Positions 12,255-23,220 of a DNA stretch of 64,000 bases are shown here, one piece after another. The notes beneath the pieces were generated by a model, which saw only the letters and a program-made list of their open reading frames with translations, did no database searches and was not told the DNA's origin. The stretch lies in the NCBI RefSeq assembly GCF_001194135.2, contig NC_068981.1, positions 40,361,821 to 40,425,820 on the forward strand, given 5' to 3'. How positions within the stretch are numbered: position 1 is the stretch's first letter; each line of letters begins with the position of its first letter. The DNA is from Octopus bimaculoides (lineage: Eukaryota). A program made the position numbers and the translations under genes.

Positions 12255-13259
12255 TTCTTTATTCTCCATAGGGGTTATAAATGGAGAGAGGACGAAACAA
12301 GGACAGACAGACAAGGGGTCGGGGTTCGAATGAGAGTAACAGTGTGAGGATGAACGTGAAAAATTACAAAATTAAATATCGATGAAGTAAAATCATCGAA
12401 TGCTTAACAAAGATGAAGTGGAGGACGTGGTCGACCCCGCCAAACACATTCTCACACTGAGACTTTATTTTACCTTTTATATTCCCGATCAAACAGGTTC
12501 ATTCACTCTCAATACACTTGCTACAAACTTCCATCTGTTTCGAAACACACTGTACAACAGGCATTTCTTCTCCAGCCTTATTTTTCTTTTCATGTAGAAA
12601 AGGAAAAGTTAACTAACCCAAGGCTGGAGATAAAAATGGCTATTACTATTCCTTTCACTCTCGTCTTCCATACTTCTTTCGCGATAGCTACTACCGAGAG
12701 AAAACAAGCCTGCTCTCCCCTATTCAAGGAAGGCGGTGGAACAATCTTAATTATAGATTCGGTCGACAGTTGTACTCTTCTCAGATGTGACAGCAGGTGT
12801 TCGACATCAGCCCAGAGTTTCAAAATCTTCGGACATTGTACAAGTGCGTGCAGAACAGTTTGACTGTCCTGCCTGCATCTTGGACAAGCTGGCGAGGACG
12901 AAGAACCATGCCTAAAGAGCTTATCTTGAACAAGTAAAGTACCTCTGTAACACTGTCATGCAAGAGACCTCTGTAGGTGTTCGACCCAGGATACGATGAC
13001 GGTGATGTCATCTGCATACGCCGAAACTGACTTTTCGCACCCTACATCTCGCGGAGTGCCCCTCATAGCCTTTAACTTCCTCAGCAATGGCTCGAGGGCC
13101 AAAACGTACAGAAGCGGGGAGAGGGGACACCCTTGACGCACCGATCGCTCAATGCAGAACGGTTCCGAAAAGAAACCGTTCACCCGACCAATCGATTCGA
13201 TGTCGCTATATAAAGCGGTGATCCACCCACGGAAAGTCGGGCCGAAACTAGCCGCTGCC
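12255..13259 (-). mobile_element. Tx1-like LINE remnant: RT C-half, zinc-knuckle region and 3' UTR
   Basis: FGPTFRGWITALY...VRQGCPLSPLLYVLALEP...YADDITVIVS, then TVLHALVQCPKILKLW, homologous to 5220-5400. Tail ...ggagaataaagaaa. Confidence 0.9.
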
Positions 13260-14164
13260 TGTTCAACAGGCACATTTTTTTCTTTTGCCAGTACAACAGG
13301 CACATTTCTTTCATCCGCCTGTTCGACAGGCATATTTTCCCAACATATTTTCGTATGTCAAATTTTCTTCCGAAGACACTGGTGACAAATTCGTATTCAG
13401 GTGTGATTTTCCCCCTAGAAACAAGGCGGAAAGAGAAAACAGATCTGCTAGAAAGCAGAAAACAAAAGTGTTTTCACAAAAACACAAAACATAAATTTCC
13501 AAATATAGTAACAATAACAACAATTTTCAGCAATGGCCTTAACGGAGCAAACAATACACATCTGAAAACAGCAAAAGGCGGTTTCAAACTCTGGTAATAT
13601 AGACAAAACTGAGCTGGTCTACACTGCTTAGGGCAAACGATTGAACAATTCTTTCCTTTGTTTTGTTTTCCTTGTTTTTATTCATGTTTATATTTTGTTT
13701 TGTTTTGTTTTGTTTTTTCCTGCTTTTGTTTTTCTTTTCCTTGTGAGAACCGGTTATTTTTTTTCACGACAAGTATTTTTGTCATAAACATTTTCACTAT
13801 AGGAAAATTATTTGCTGTATTTATTTTGTCCTAAACATTTTTGCTATAGGAATTCCCATCACGTATCTTTACAGTAATATTTTTAAAAGCAACAAAGATA
13901 CTTTGTTTCATCTTACTGTTTAATTCGTAGTTTATTTGTTTCAGACAAAATACCTTGCTTGTCAAAGTATAAAAGAAAACAGTAACAGCGTAAGTTACTC
14001 AATATAACTTGTTTTAATTCTTCAGTTAGTTCACAATCTTTTCGTGGGAGGGGATTTATACTAATGATTTTATTGTTTTTCATTCTACTTAGACAAACAA
14101 AATAATTGGTTTCTAGGGAAAAAATACGAATCAAACTAATTTCTGACAAGATACTTTTTCTAAA

Positions 14165-14200
14165 ATCTGAATGAATCTGACATGTCAGATTCGTTCAGAT
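14165..14200. repeat. 36-bp near-perfect palindrome
   Basis: atctgaatgaatctgaca|tgtcagattcgttcagat; 18-bp arms, one mismatch, no spacer. Confidence 0.9.
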
Positions 14201-14307
14201 GTTTTGAAATGTATTTGAGAGTTTATATGCAGCTGTGTATGTCTGAATATTTGTCTATTTATGTGTAAGCAATCGTGTATGGGCATTATTGTGGTTTTGC
14301 ACGTATG

Positions 14308-14488
14308 GGATCTTTCTGATTTGGTGGGCACCATTTTTTATTTATGTTTTATTTAGTGTGTTTTCTCAATAACACGAGTAAAAATAACAAGAGTAAAAGA
14401 TGTTTTATATGACACATGCTACCAGTGTCCCAAGTTTGAAAGTGTTTCGTTAAGAAAACAAGTAGTGCCCGCCAAATCAGAAAGATCC
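14308..14488. mobile_element. 181-bp MITE with 24-bp TIRs and an 8-bp TSD (Merlin-like termini)
   Basis: TIR ggatctttctgatttggtgggcac (14308-14331) vs gtgcccgccaaatcagaaagatcc (14465-14488), 1 mismatch. Perfect direct repeat cacgtatg at 14300-14307 and 14489-14496. Confidence 0.85.
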
Positions 14489-14559
14489 CACGTATGTTCC
14501 TACCCCAGCTTCTGCCGCTTAACATCCGACCCATAATATTTTAATCTACATCTATTTTT

Positions 14560-14760
14560 GTAACTTTATATGTGAATCTTCGATGTATATCTCCAAATCC
14601 CCTTCTTGGCTACATCCATCGTAGGTGTACATCTATATATATATAGTGCTTTAGGGTATTTTTACTTCCTTGATATCCACTTCCATCAGCTACTTCAATC
14701 TGTCATCATAGCTTTATCTCTATATGAAGTTATTTGATGTATTGTAAGTGTCTACCTTCC
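14560..14760 (-). mobile_element. Very decayed CR1-like LINE 3' remnant
   Basis: The minus strand gives SYDDRLK*L...RRG, resembling CR1 SY-ERL--L---RRG. Weak. Confidence 0.3.
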
Positions 14761-15135
14761 TCACTTTTTTTTTATTCATCTCACTTCCTTAGCTTCTCAT
14801 TTTCTTGATTAGTTATACCTTACAGTACTAAATCAATCTTTTACTCAGTTTTTTGCCTCGCTTCTTTCATTTTCACATGAAGAGTAAGGGCCACGAAAAA
14901 TTTATATTCTACATTCAATGATTTTGATTTTACCGACGCAATTTTCAAATAATCCAAGAAACCATTTGCAAATTGTCACAATAAGAAACAGGTTATGGTA
15001 AAATGTCAAACTTCTTTAAACAAAACTAATTAAACGAACAGAAGCACTGCTTTTTATGTTTCATTATTAGGAAACTAAATTTAGTTAAAATTTCAACGAT
15101 ATTGGAGATTAACGTACCAAACTGATTACGAAATG

Positions 15136-15226
15136 TTTTCATAATAGAATATTTTCGTTCTTTAAATACATTGATTATATTTTCATAATAGAATACTTTC
15201 GTTCTTTAAATACGTTGATTAATATT
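15136..15226 (+). repeat. ~44-bp tandem duplication
   Basis: ttttcataatagaata(t/c)tttcgttctttaaatac(a/g)ttgatt twice. Confidence 0.85.
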
Positions 15227-15710
15227 CAATACATAACTCTCTTAAATATAAATGTATATAGTTATCATACGAATTTGACAATTATATTATGAACCAATGT
15301 AGAAATTTTGTAAATCCTGGTAACTTTCATGGACACGACAAGGTATTGAGTTCTTTTATATTATACCAATAAAAAAACTTCAATCGGATGAATGTTACAT
15401 CACAAGAGTTATTTGATAGTTACTTGAAAGAATTTAAGTGTGGTGGCACAGTAACACATAATAAGCATGATGGTAGCAGAGTATTTGAAAGCGTCCATAT
15501 TGCTATACATAATACATTCTTTAATTATTTACTTTTATCGTCGATTTCCTGATCTTAAAATAAAAGTATAATACATATTTCATTTTATAATATAAAACTA
15601 ATTTGTCCTTTATACCCATCGATTTTCTGTTTTACGGATAGACAATTTTAAAACTTAATTTCAAATATATTCATCGCTATAAGACAACGGACACAGTAGA
15701 TATGCTTATA

Positions 15711-15920
15711 CAGGGTGTTCATAAATTCATCACAGCTTCCACAATTTATTATACTGTATTATCTAGATGTGCTGCGTGCAACCAATAGAGCCTATATGGA
15801 AGTGTTCTGATGTTTCTAATAAAACTTTATTTCCCAATAAACTGTGCTGAATTATTCGTATTTTTCACTTTTTTTGTTTTCTAAATTTTTCGAATTTAAA
15901 GGTAATTTATGGACACCTTG
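15711..15920. mobile_element. 210-bp Tc1/mariner-superfamily MITE with TA TSD
   Basis: ta|cagggtgttcataaatt ... aatttatggacaccttg|ta; 2 mismatches in 17 bp. Confidence 0.8.
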
Positions 15921-17838
15921 TATTTAATGAACATATACGAAAACTATTCAGAGTCCAAACGTATTAGATAATGAAAGCGCTTCGCCATTAATTCAGTACG
16001 CTTATATACATTATCGATATTTTTAAGGGCTTGCCGATATTTTACCATCGAATTCATATTCTTTGATAGAGAGCCGATGGCTTAAATTTTGACAACTCAA
16101 CGAACCAGATCATAAAATTGTGACTGCTATTATTGAGTGAAAGTGATTTATAGATCGATGTGATTATTAGTTGTGAAACTATGGACCCACATGTAGGATT
16201 AATATATACAAATATCTCTGGTGTGTAATCTTCATCAAAAAGTAAAACCTCTTCTCCAAAGCTGAAGGGGTGTTATGACTATTAGATTCATATATTAACA
16301 TGTTTCTTAGATTTTTAGAGGTCTTGGATATGAACATGTATATTATAGTTTTCCAGGGAAGAATATGCATATTTATGGCTAAATTAAGAGACTAAAATGT
16401 CTTTAAAATGTCACTTCGCTCATCCCTAATGAAACGTCGTGATCTCCGAGCAAGCATCCTAGCTACAACCTTACTCTATACGTAGTTACCAAAACTCATT
16501 TCCATCACTGACGAGAATATTTCAGATTAAAACTAAGCATGCTATAACAATTTAATCTGTTATTCAAACCCAGTATATCTACATCATTCAATGGGTCTTT
16601 TTTTTTTTTTTGGAGACGATAAAGTGCAGTTTAAGAGAGACTTAGCTCATTGAAAAACCAGATAGAAACCTCGTTTCTGTGATAGCTGTGTTCATTATGT
16701 ATTGATGGCATATGACGAGCATGCATTGCAACAATTGCGTCATGGTTTTCTTCTTATAATTACCATTTTATGATGCATTCTTAATACTTCTGAGTGTTTA
16801 TCATAAAATATATATCCACTTGCATATATTAACCAGGTCTCATATCCATAATTAGAAAGTGTTATCAGTGTAAGTAAATTTTCATTTTCAAGTTGATGAG
16901 CAATACTGAACTTCTCAATCATAAATACATCCGTTAATCTGTGTAATGTTTATAACAATAAAACTTTAATAGGCAAAACGATATTGCCTATGTAAACACG
17001 CTCGAGGAGATATCCATGTAAAACAACAGCAGCACCTACATACAACACGAGCAGCAACAGTTAAGCGAAAAAACACAAAAATGTAGAAACATAATTAAAA
17101 AAAAATGATTTTTTTATTTCGGGTTGTTTATAAAATATGTAGAAAAACATTTTGCTTTTGGAAGATATTCAATTAATACAAAAATACCTACGGTGTTTGT
17201 GTTCAATTTCTTCAGACAATTTTTTTTTGTATATTTTTCTTTAATGCTATCAAATAAATCATTTATCATAGTACTTGCTATTACAAGAGAAATTTAGAGC
17301 CAGAAAATGTGCTATTTGAAGATCAATCGTGACTTGGTTCTGTCAGCATTTGTAATATCGACTATAAGTTTCTTGAGCTAAAATCAACAGTACTTTTGTA
17401 TTTAGATAAGCACTCGCTTGCATAGTTTGGTGTTAACTCAGAAAAATGGAAATTTATAGACATTGCTAAGCGGAGCAATTTATAAATTAACTTGAAATGA
17501 TGAATGTTTGTTGTAAATGGCAAGGGTCTATAATAAAATTTAAGAAGCTTATTGAGAGGGTAGATCACTAATTTAATTGTATTGATTTGTTTAGCTTTTG
17601 TCCCTCTCGTTCAAATTAAAAATCTTCCTTAGGATTTCGTTTTATTTTTCATCCTTCCACAATCGATAAAGTTTATGTCTAAAACGATTCACTCGACTCA
17701 TTCACACAGAAATTGGCATTGAGCTTTCGAAAATAGCACAAGTTAAAAAAAGAGAAACTGATACGTGCTGAATTGTAAGAGAGAATAGTAAGTGAACTTA
17801 GATTGTTGCCAGCCGTTTTGGATCACCATTTGAAGAAA

Positions 17839-18054
17839 TATTCTTTTCTACTATAGGCAGAAGGCCTGAAATTTGAAGGAGGGAGATAGTCGATTTCATT
17901 ATCCCCAGTGCGTAACTGGTACTTATTTTATCAACCCCGAAAGGATGAAAGGCAAAGTCGACCTCGGCGGAATTTGAACTCAGAACGTAGTGACGGCGAA
18001 ATACCGCTAAGCATTTCGTCCAGCGTGCTAACGATTCAACCAGCTCGCCGCTTT
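17839..18054 (-). mobile_element. Family-A SINE
   Basis: Complete head and core with the ...cctatagtagaaaagaat tail type. Confidence 0.9.
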
Positions 18055-18876
18055 AAGAAATATTCCTTCATCTACCGACGCCACAAATGGAGACCTCTAT
18101 ACAGTGGTTCTATCTATTTGAAATAGCGGCTAAATCTCCTTCAAATGATACCCTGCTATCTTTAAAATAGACATTGAAGACTGCAATCTTATATGCAATA
18201 TATCTACTAAAAAGACAGGGTATTCATGGTAAAAGGTCTTTTATCATACTTTTTCTCTGACAGGGTTGATCCGGGAGTTAAACAACAACAACAACAACCA
18301 CTAATGCTCTTTAGAAAAACATGAACACCATAACCTCACTTTTCCCTCTCTCTCACATTAGGCTTTAGACTTAGTCAAAAGAAATCAATACTTCAGAATA
18401 GAACCAACTAATTTGAATCGAATTTCGTCTTAATATAGGTTGTAGCTAATGTTTGGTGTGGAAGAGACATATCGGCGGGAATGTCATTTCAATTTTATTT
18501 CGGATAGCTTTGTACAGAGACAATAATCAGATTGGCGAATATTAAAGAGAACATGATATGGATGCGTAGTTGTGTGCGTGCAAGTGTGATTTATATGAAC
18601 GTATTTGTGTGTATGAGTATGTGTGTGTGTTTGTGTGCGTGTTTATGTATTTGAAATAATTTCCACATGATCATTTGTTGAGTTGAACGACAAAGATGGG
18701 TCATGTACTATTATGAAGAATAATTGCAAGCAAGTAATTTATGAGCATGCCATATGATTAGTTTGTATGATTTAAAAGCTAAAATGTGAGTATCAGGAGA
18801 AGAATCAATGATCCACGCTGATATAATTTTGAGTGCAAAACGCAAAACAGTAGGGACTTTCTATCTACATACATAG

Positions 18877-19033
18877 ATATACGACTGATTTCTTTCCGAC
18901 AACGAACTTTCATGTCTTCCCCAACAATTTTAAGTTGGGATGAACTTAAACTAGTTTGGGAGGATATGAACATCACAACCAGTTTAAGAGAGTTGAGACC
19001 ACGTACCATTTGTTCTCCGATGCCCATCATATG
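18877..19033 (+). CDS. Candidate internal exon, unidentified (IRLISFRQRTFMSSPTILSWDELKLVWEDMNITTSLRELRPRTICSPMPII)
   Basis: Acceptor ctttctatctacatacatag, strong donor ATG|gtaaga, one open frame (phase 1 to phase 2). No recognised homology. Confidence 0.3.
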
Positions 19034-19244
19034 GTAAGAGATTGACAGAGTTCAGCAATATATAGTAAGAGGTAGGCATACAACAAACGAATTAGGTAGA
19101 AGTTACTCTCTGTCATTTAACATGTTCATTTAACATGTTCAGAGAGGTATGAGACATTTTAGCACAGCAGTTTTGGCGCCACTGATTTGGTGTCGCTGAT
19201 TCGACGCTGATTTCTTTGACATCAGACATTTTAATACTTCAAGA

Positions 19245-19480
19245 CTAGAGTAGGTCTGTGGCCCGTCAGTCCAAAAGTTCCTTTCGGTTTGTCTTTCGGG
19301 CAAGTCCACTATCCATCACCGGCTTGCCATGCCCGTCATTTTTGCTACCTGAATGGACTACAGCAATGTGAAATGAAGTGTCTCACGCAAGAGCACAACA
19401 CATTGCCGGGTCCAGGAATCGAAACCACTATCTTACGATCATGAGTCCAACACCCCTAATCACTAAACGACGCGTCTTCA
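19245..19480 (-). mobile_element. Family-B SINE
   Basis: Minus head gtttagtgattagg...ggtttcgattcctgg plus the central domain. Confidence 0.8.
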
Positions 19481-19561
19481 CGGACGTTTTAACGTTCCGT
19501 TTTAATGTTTCTCCGGTTCAAATTTTCTTTTGTTCTCCTCATGTCTCCCTCTCTTTCTCCT

Positions 19562-19611
<50 letters not shown>

Positions 19612-19908
19612 CTCTCTCTCTCCTTCTCCCCATCTCCTTCTGTCTCTCAATTTGTGTGTGTGAGCGTCCAGGCATATTTACATTTATATGTTATGTCTCT
19701 TTCTCCCCCTCTATCTGTCTCTTTCACCCTCTCTGTATGTGTATTTCTGCGTGGTGTGCGTGTGATGTGTGATGTGTGTTTGTGTTGAATGTATATTTGT
19801 GCGTGTATTTTTTTGTCTCCATTGCCAAAAACTACTGTTGCCAAAACAGCTGAATGTCCAGTCAGCCATGCCAATTCGTCAGCGTCTGAACAGCAGCGCC
19901 CAGTTTTC

Positions 19909-19997
19909 TCATTCCACTTTGGGAGACGGTGATACTTTCCCATAATGTCGGTTGATGTTGAAGAAATAATTCCTCTGGTGAGCTTTGTTCTGTGTTC
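19909..19997 (-). CDS. Candidate exon (acceptor tttattatatttttcag); frame unresolved
   Basis: Strong minus-strand acceptor at 19999-19998 followed by a GC-richer unique segment. The phase-1 reading is GTQNKAHQRNYFFNINRHYGKVSPSPKVE*. The phase-0 reading stays open further. Confidence 0.3.
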
Positions 19998-20135
19998 CTG
20001 AAAAATATAATAAAATAATTATCTCATAACTAGTATTCAATATATGTACTTTTCTGTAATTATTCATATATTGATTTCAAATTTTGGCAAAAGGTCAGCA
20101 ATTTCAAATTTTGACAAAAGGTCAGCAATAAAAAC

Positions 20136-21301
20136 GTGACTACTCCTCAAGAAAAGGCACAGTGTGTATCGTGGTTTATTGAAACAAAAATTGGGCACGC
20201 AAACCCAGTGAAACTACAGGATTAAATATGGAAGACAGCCACCGTCACGTCCGTCTATTCGTGCATGGCACAAGAAGTTTATAGGAACAAGAACAGTGTT
20301 GGATAAATGGAGGAGTGGACCAAAATTATCTGCGGAACACATTGATCGTGTAAGACAAGCTTTTACTAGTTTTCCTGCAAAGTCCACACGTACTACTGCC
20401 AGACTGCTACAGCTACCACATTCTACAGTGCACAAAGTCCTACACAAGCACTTGCGATTGTACGCTTACAAGATGAAATTCTTACAGGCGCTCGAACCAA
20501 ATGATAAACCAAAACGAAATGAGTTTGCAGTTAGCATGCTGGAACGAATTTCTGAGGATGCAGCGTTCATCACCCGAGTTTATTTTAGTGATGAGGCAAC
20601 CTTCTATGTTTCAGGGAAACTGAACAAACATAATGTGAGGATTTGGGGATCAGAACACCCCTATGTGACTATGGAACTTCACCGAGATAGACCAAAGGTG
20701 AATGTCTGATGTGGGGTCGAATCACTGGTGCAATCGAATGATTGGTCCATTTTTGTTCACAGAGAGATCAATTTCTACAAATATTTACTTTGACCTTTTG
20801 ACTGAATATGTGGCACCAAAACTGGATGACTTTTAACCTACCATCATTTTCCATCAAGATGGTGTACCACCACATTGGGGACTGCATGTTCGTTGGTTCC
20901 TAAATTAAACATTTCCAGACCAGTGGATTCGAAGAGATGGTCCAATTCCCTGGCCACCTCGTTCCCTGGATAACACTTCCCTGAGCTTTTTCCTATGGGG
21001 TTAGCTTAAAGACATCATGTATCGAACAAGGATACGGGATATCAACGACCTGAAACAAAGGATCACTGATGCCATTGCCACCATTGATAAGGCTATGCTA
21101 CAGCGAACACGGGAAGGAACTGATTACCATCTTGATGTGCATCGAACGCCTAATGATGCCCATATAGAGATGTATTAAATGAGGCAAAAAAAAGACCTTC
21201 AATGTCTCCTCATCATTTTGTAATAATTTCCACAGGCTTATCTATTTGTTTGCTTTTGTAATAAATTTTTGAAATTGTAAAGAGACTTTATGGACACACT
21301 A
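20136..21301 (+). mobile_element. Decayed Tc1/mariner-superfamily transposon, DD41D-type spacing, left TIR missing
   Basis: TPQEKAQCVSWFIETK N-terminus; FSDEATF; HQDGVPPHW; WPPRSLDNTSLSFFLWG, with 41 residues between the second D and the third catalytic position (mutated to S). Stop at 21176-21178. Right TIR actttatggacacacta|ta. Confidence 0.9.
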
Positions 21302-21435
21302 TATTACTTACACAGTCACTAGCTCAACTTTTCGGTGAACTGGGGTCAGCGTATGGTATCTGTCCACGGTTCAACAACAGTATTGACGCTTTTGGCGGTA
21401 GGTAATAATCGCTTACAATAGTATCCGTTGGTACT

Positions 21436-21438
<3 letters not shown>

Positions 21439-21515
<77 letters not shown>

Positions 21516-21527
21516 TCTCTCTCTCCC

Positions 21528-21563
<36 letters not shown>
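21439..21563. repeat. (CT)n microsatellite
   Basis: Direct reading. Similar tracts at 19565-19620 and 33560-33675. Confidence 0.95.
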
Positions 21564-21564
<1 letters not shown>

Positions 21565-21624
21565 GGGGTATTTTTTTATTTTTTTATTTATTTATTTATT
21601 CATCGCTCCTTCATTTGCAGAGTG

Positions 21625-21830
21625 ATGATTTTCTTAACACTAGATCGTTTAATGGACACCCCACCAAGTTATATCACCTCAGGTAGGCAGTGCTTTCTGC
21701 AGGATATTTGCTTTTCCCAAAAGTGACGTCTTCTGCAATGTCCTAATGCTGGGAGAGATTCCAGTTGAGTCGAAGTGTTTCTGAGGGCTTTCGTCACCGA
21801 CGAAAAGTAGTACCACTCGCTTTTTAAGTA
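21625..21830 (-). mobile_element. Dong/R4-like (REL endonuclease) LINE 3' end
   Basis: TLQKTSLLGKANILQKALPT* matches the LQK-ALLGTA-ILR C-terminus of R4/Dong elements. Confidence 0.7.
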
Positions 21831-21837
21831 TCATAAT

Positions 21838-21838
21838 G

Positions 21839-21891
<53 letters not shown>

Positions 21892-22409
21892 CATTATTAT
21901 TATTATTATAAGGCGGCAAAATGGCAGAATCGTTAGCACACTGGCGAAATGCTTAGCGGCATTTCGTCTGCCGCTGCGTTCTGAGTTCAAATTCCGGCGA
22001 CGTCGACTTTGCCTTTCATCCTTACAGGGTCGATAAATTAAGTACCAATGAAACACTGGGGTCGATGTAATCGACGTAAATCCCTCCCACAAGCTGCCCT
22101 TGTGGAAAAAATTTTAAATTATTATTATTATTATTATTATTATCATCATTATTATTATTACTATTATTATTATTAAAGCGGTGCGATGGCAGAATCGTCA
22201 GCGCGCCGGGCAAAATGCTTAGCGGCATTTCGTCCATCTTTACATTCTGATTTCAAATGCCGTCGAGCTCGACTTTACCTTTCCTACGTTTGGGGTCGAC
22301 AAAATAAGTACAAGTACCAGTTGAGCACTGGGATCCATGTAATCGACTTGCCCCCAGCTCCGAAGTTGCAAGCCTTGTGTTAAAATTTGAAATCACATCA
22401 ACATCATCA

Positions 22410-22446
<37 letters not shown>

Positions 22447-22458
22447 CATTATTATTAT
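21838..22458 (+). mobile_element. Two tandem family-A SINEs (21910-22118, 22175-22393) separated and flanked by (AAT/ATT)n tracts
   Basis: Family core sequence and trinucleotide repeats. Confidence 0.9.
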
Positions 22459-22639
22459 AAATGTTTTGTCTTCGCTTTAATTTATACAAGCTGTACCAAG
22501 GTCTCATCCAAAAACGTCAAGAGATAACAATGTGTTGCGTCTAAAGATTCTAACAGGTAGGAAGCCGTGCAAAAAAGAACATGATATCGGTGTAGAAAAA
22601 ATAAAAAGAATGAAGAAAAACAATGAATGAGTAAGTTTA

Positions 22640-22865
22640 CATTTACATGGAATGGAATCTATGTAAAATATATGAGATACTCATACGTATCACCTTTTGC
22701 AATTCACTTACTAAGGGGCTGCTAAATATTTGGTTTGCATATTTGTTTGCTCCTCTTGTTAACATTCCAAGTGCCCCCATAACAATAGGTCATGTTTTTG
22801 ACTTGAGATGCCACATTCTTCTCATCTCAATTCTTGTATTTCGCTTAATTTCCCGAACGTTTTCA
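22640..22865 (-). mobile_element. Dong/R4-like LINE 3' fragment
   Basis: IEMRRMWHLKSKT*PIVMGALGML...ELQKV matches the IEI-RMW-LKT--VPIVIGALG motif. Confidence 0.8.
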
Positions 22866-23149
22866 GAGATCTGTTATGTGGAAAATTACTTCAATGTTAC
22901 TATACTTTTGAAGTAAGTATGCTTAAGTGTTTGATTGTACTTGTTCCTGGCCCTGAGAAATATTGCTTAATCAGATGAGAGACTGTTTATAGGTTTATTT
23001 ATTACTACAGGTATTTCTTTTATAACATTATATGAATGGTTGAAATCTGAATATATGTAGCAGCTGGTTGTTAGGTACATAGAAATCTGAGATTGGTTTA
23101 TTGTTGTATCCAAGAAGTTAATAGGAACCATATTGGTTTTCACGGTTAT

Positions 23150-23202
<53 letters not shown>

Positions 23203-23220
23203 TACACATACACACATATA

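Noticed and set aside
13255-13335. CRISPR-like palindromic repeats
   Set aside because: Only 2-3 degenerate 15-nt units, spacers are themselves related, eukaryotic context, no cas genes.
19789-19935. Plus ORF ending ...PVFSFHFGRR* like an amidated neuropeptide
   Set aside because: 48 aa, no convincing signal peptide or upstream cleavage site, and the stronger splice signal is on the opposite strand.
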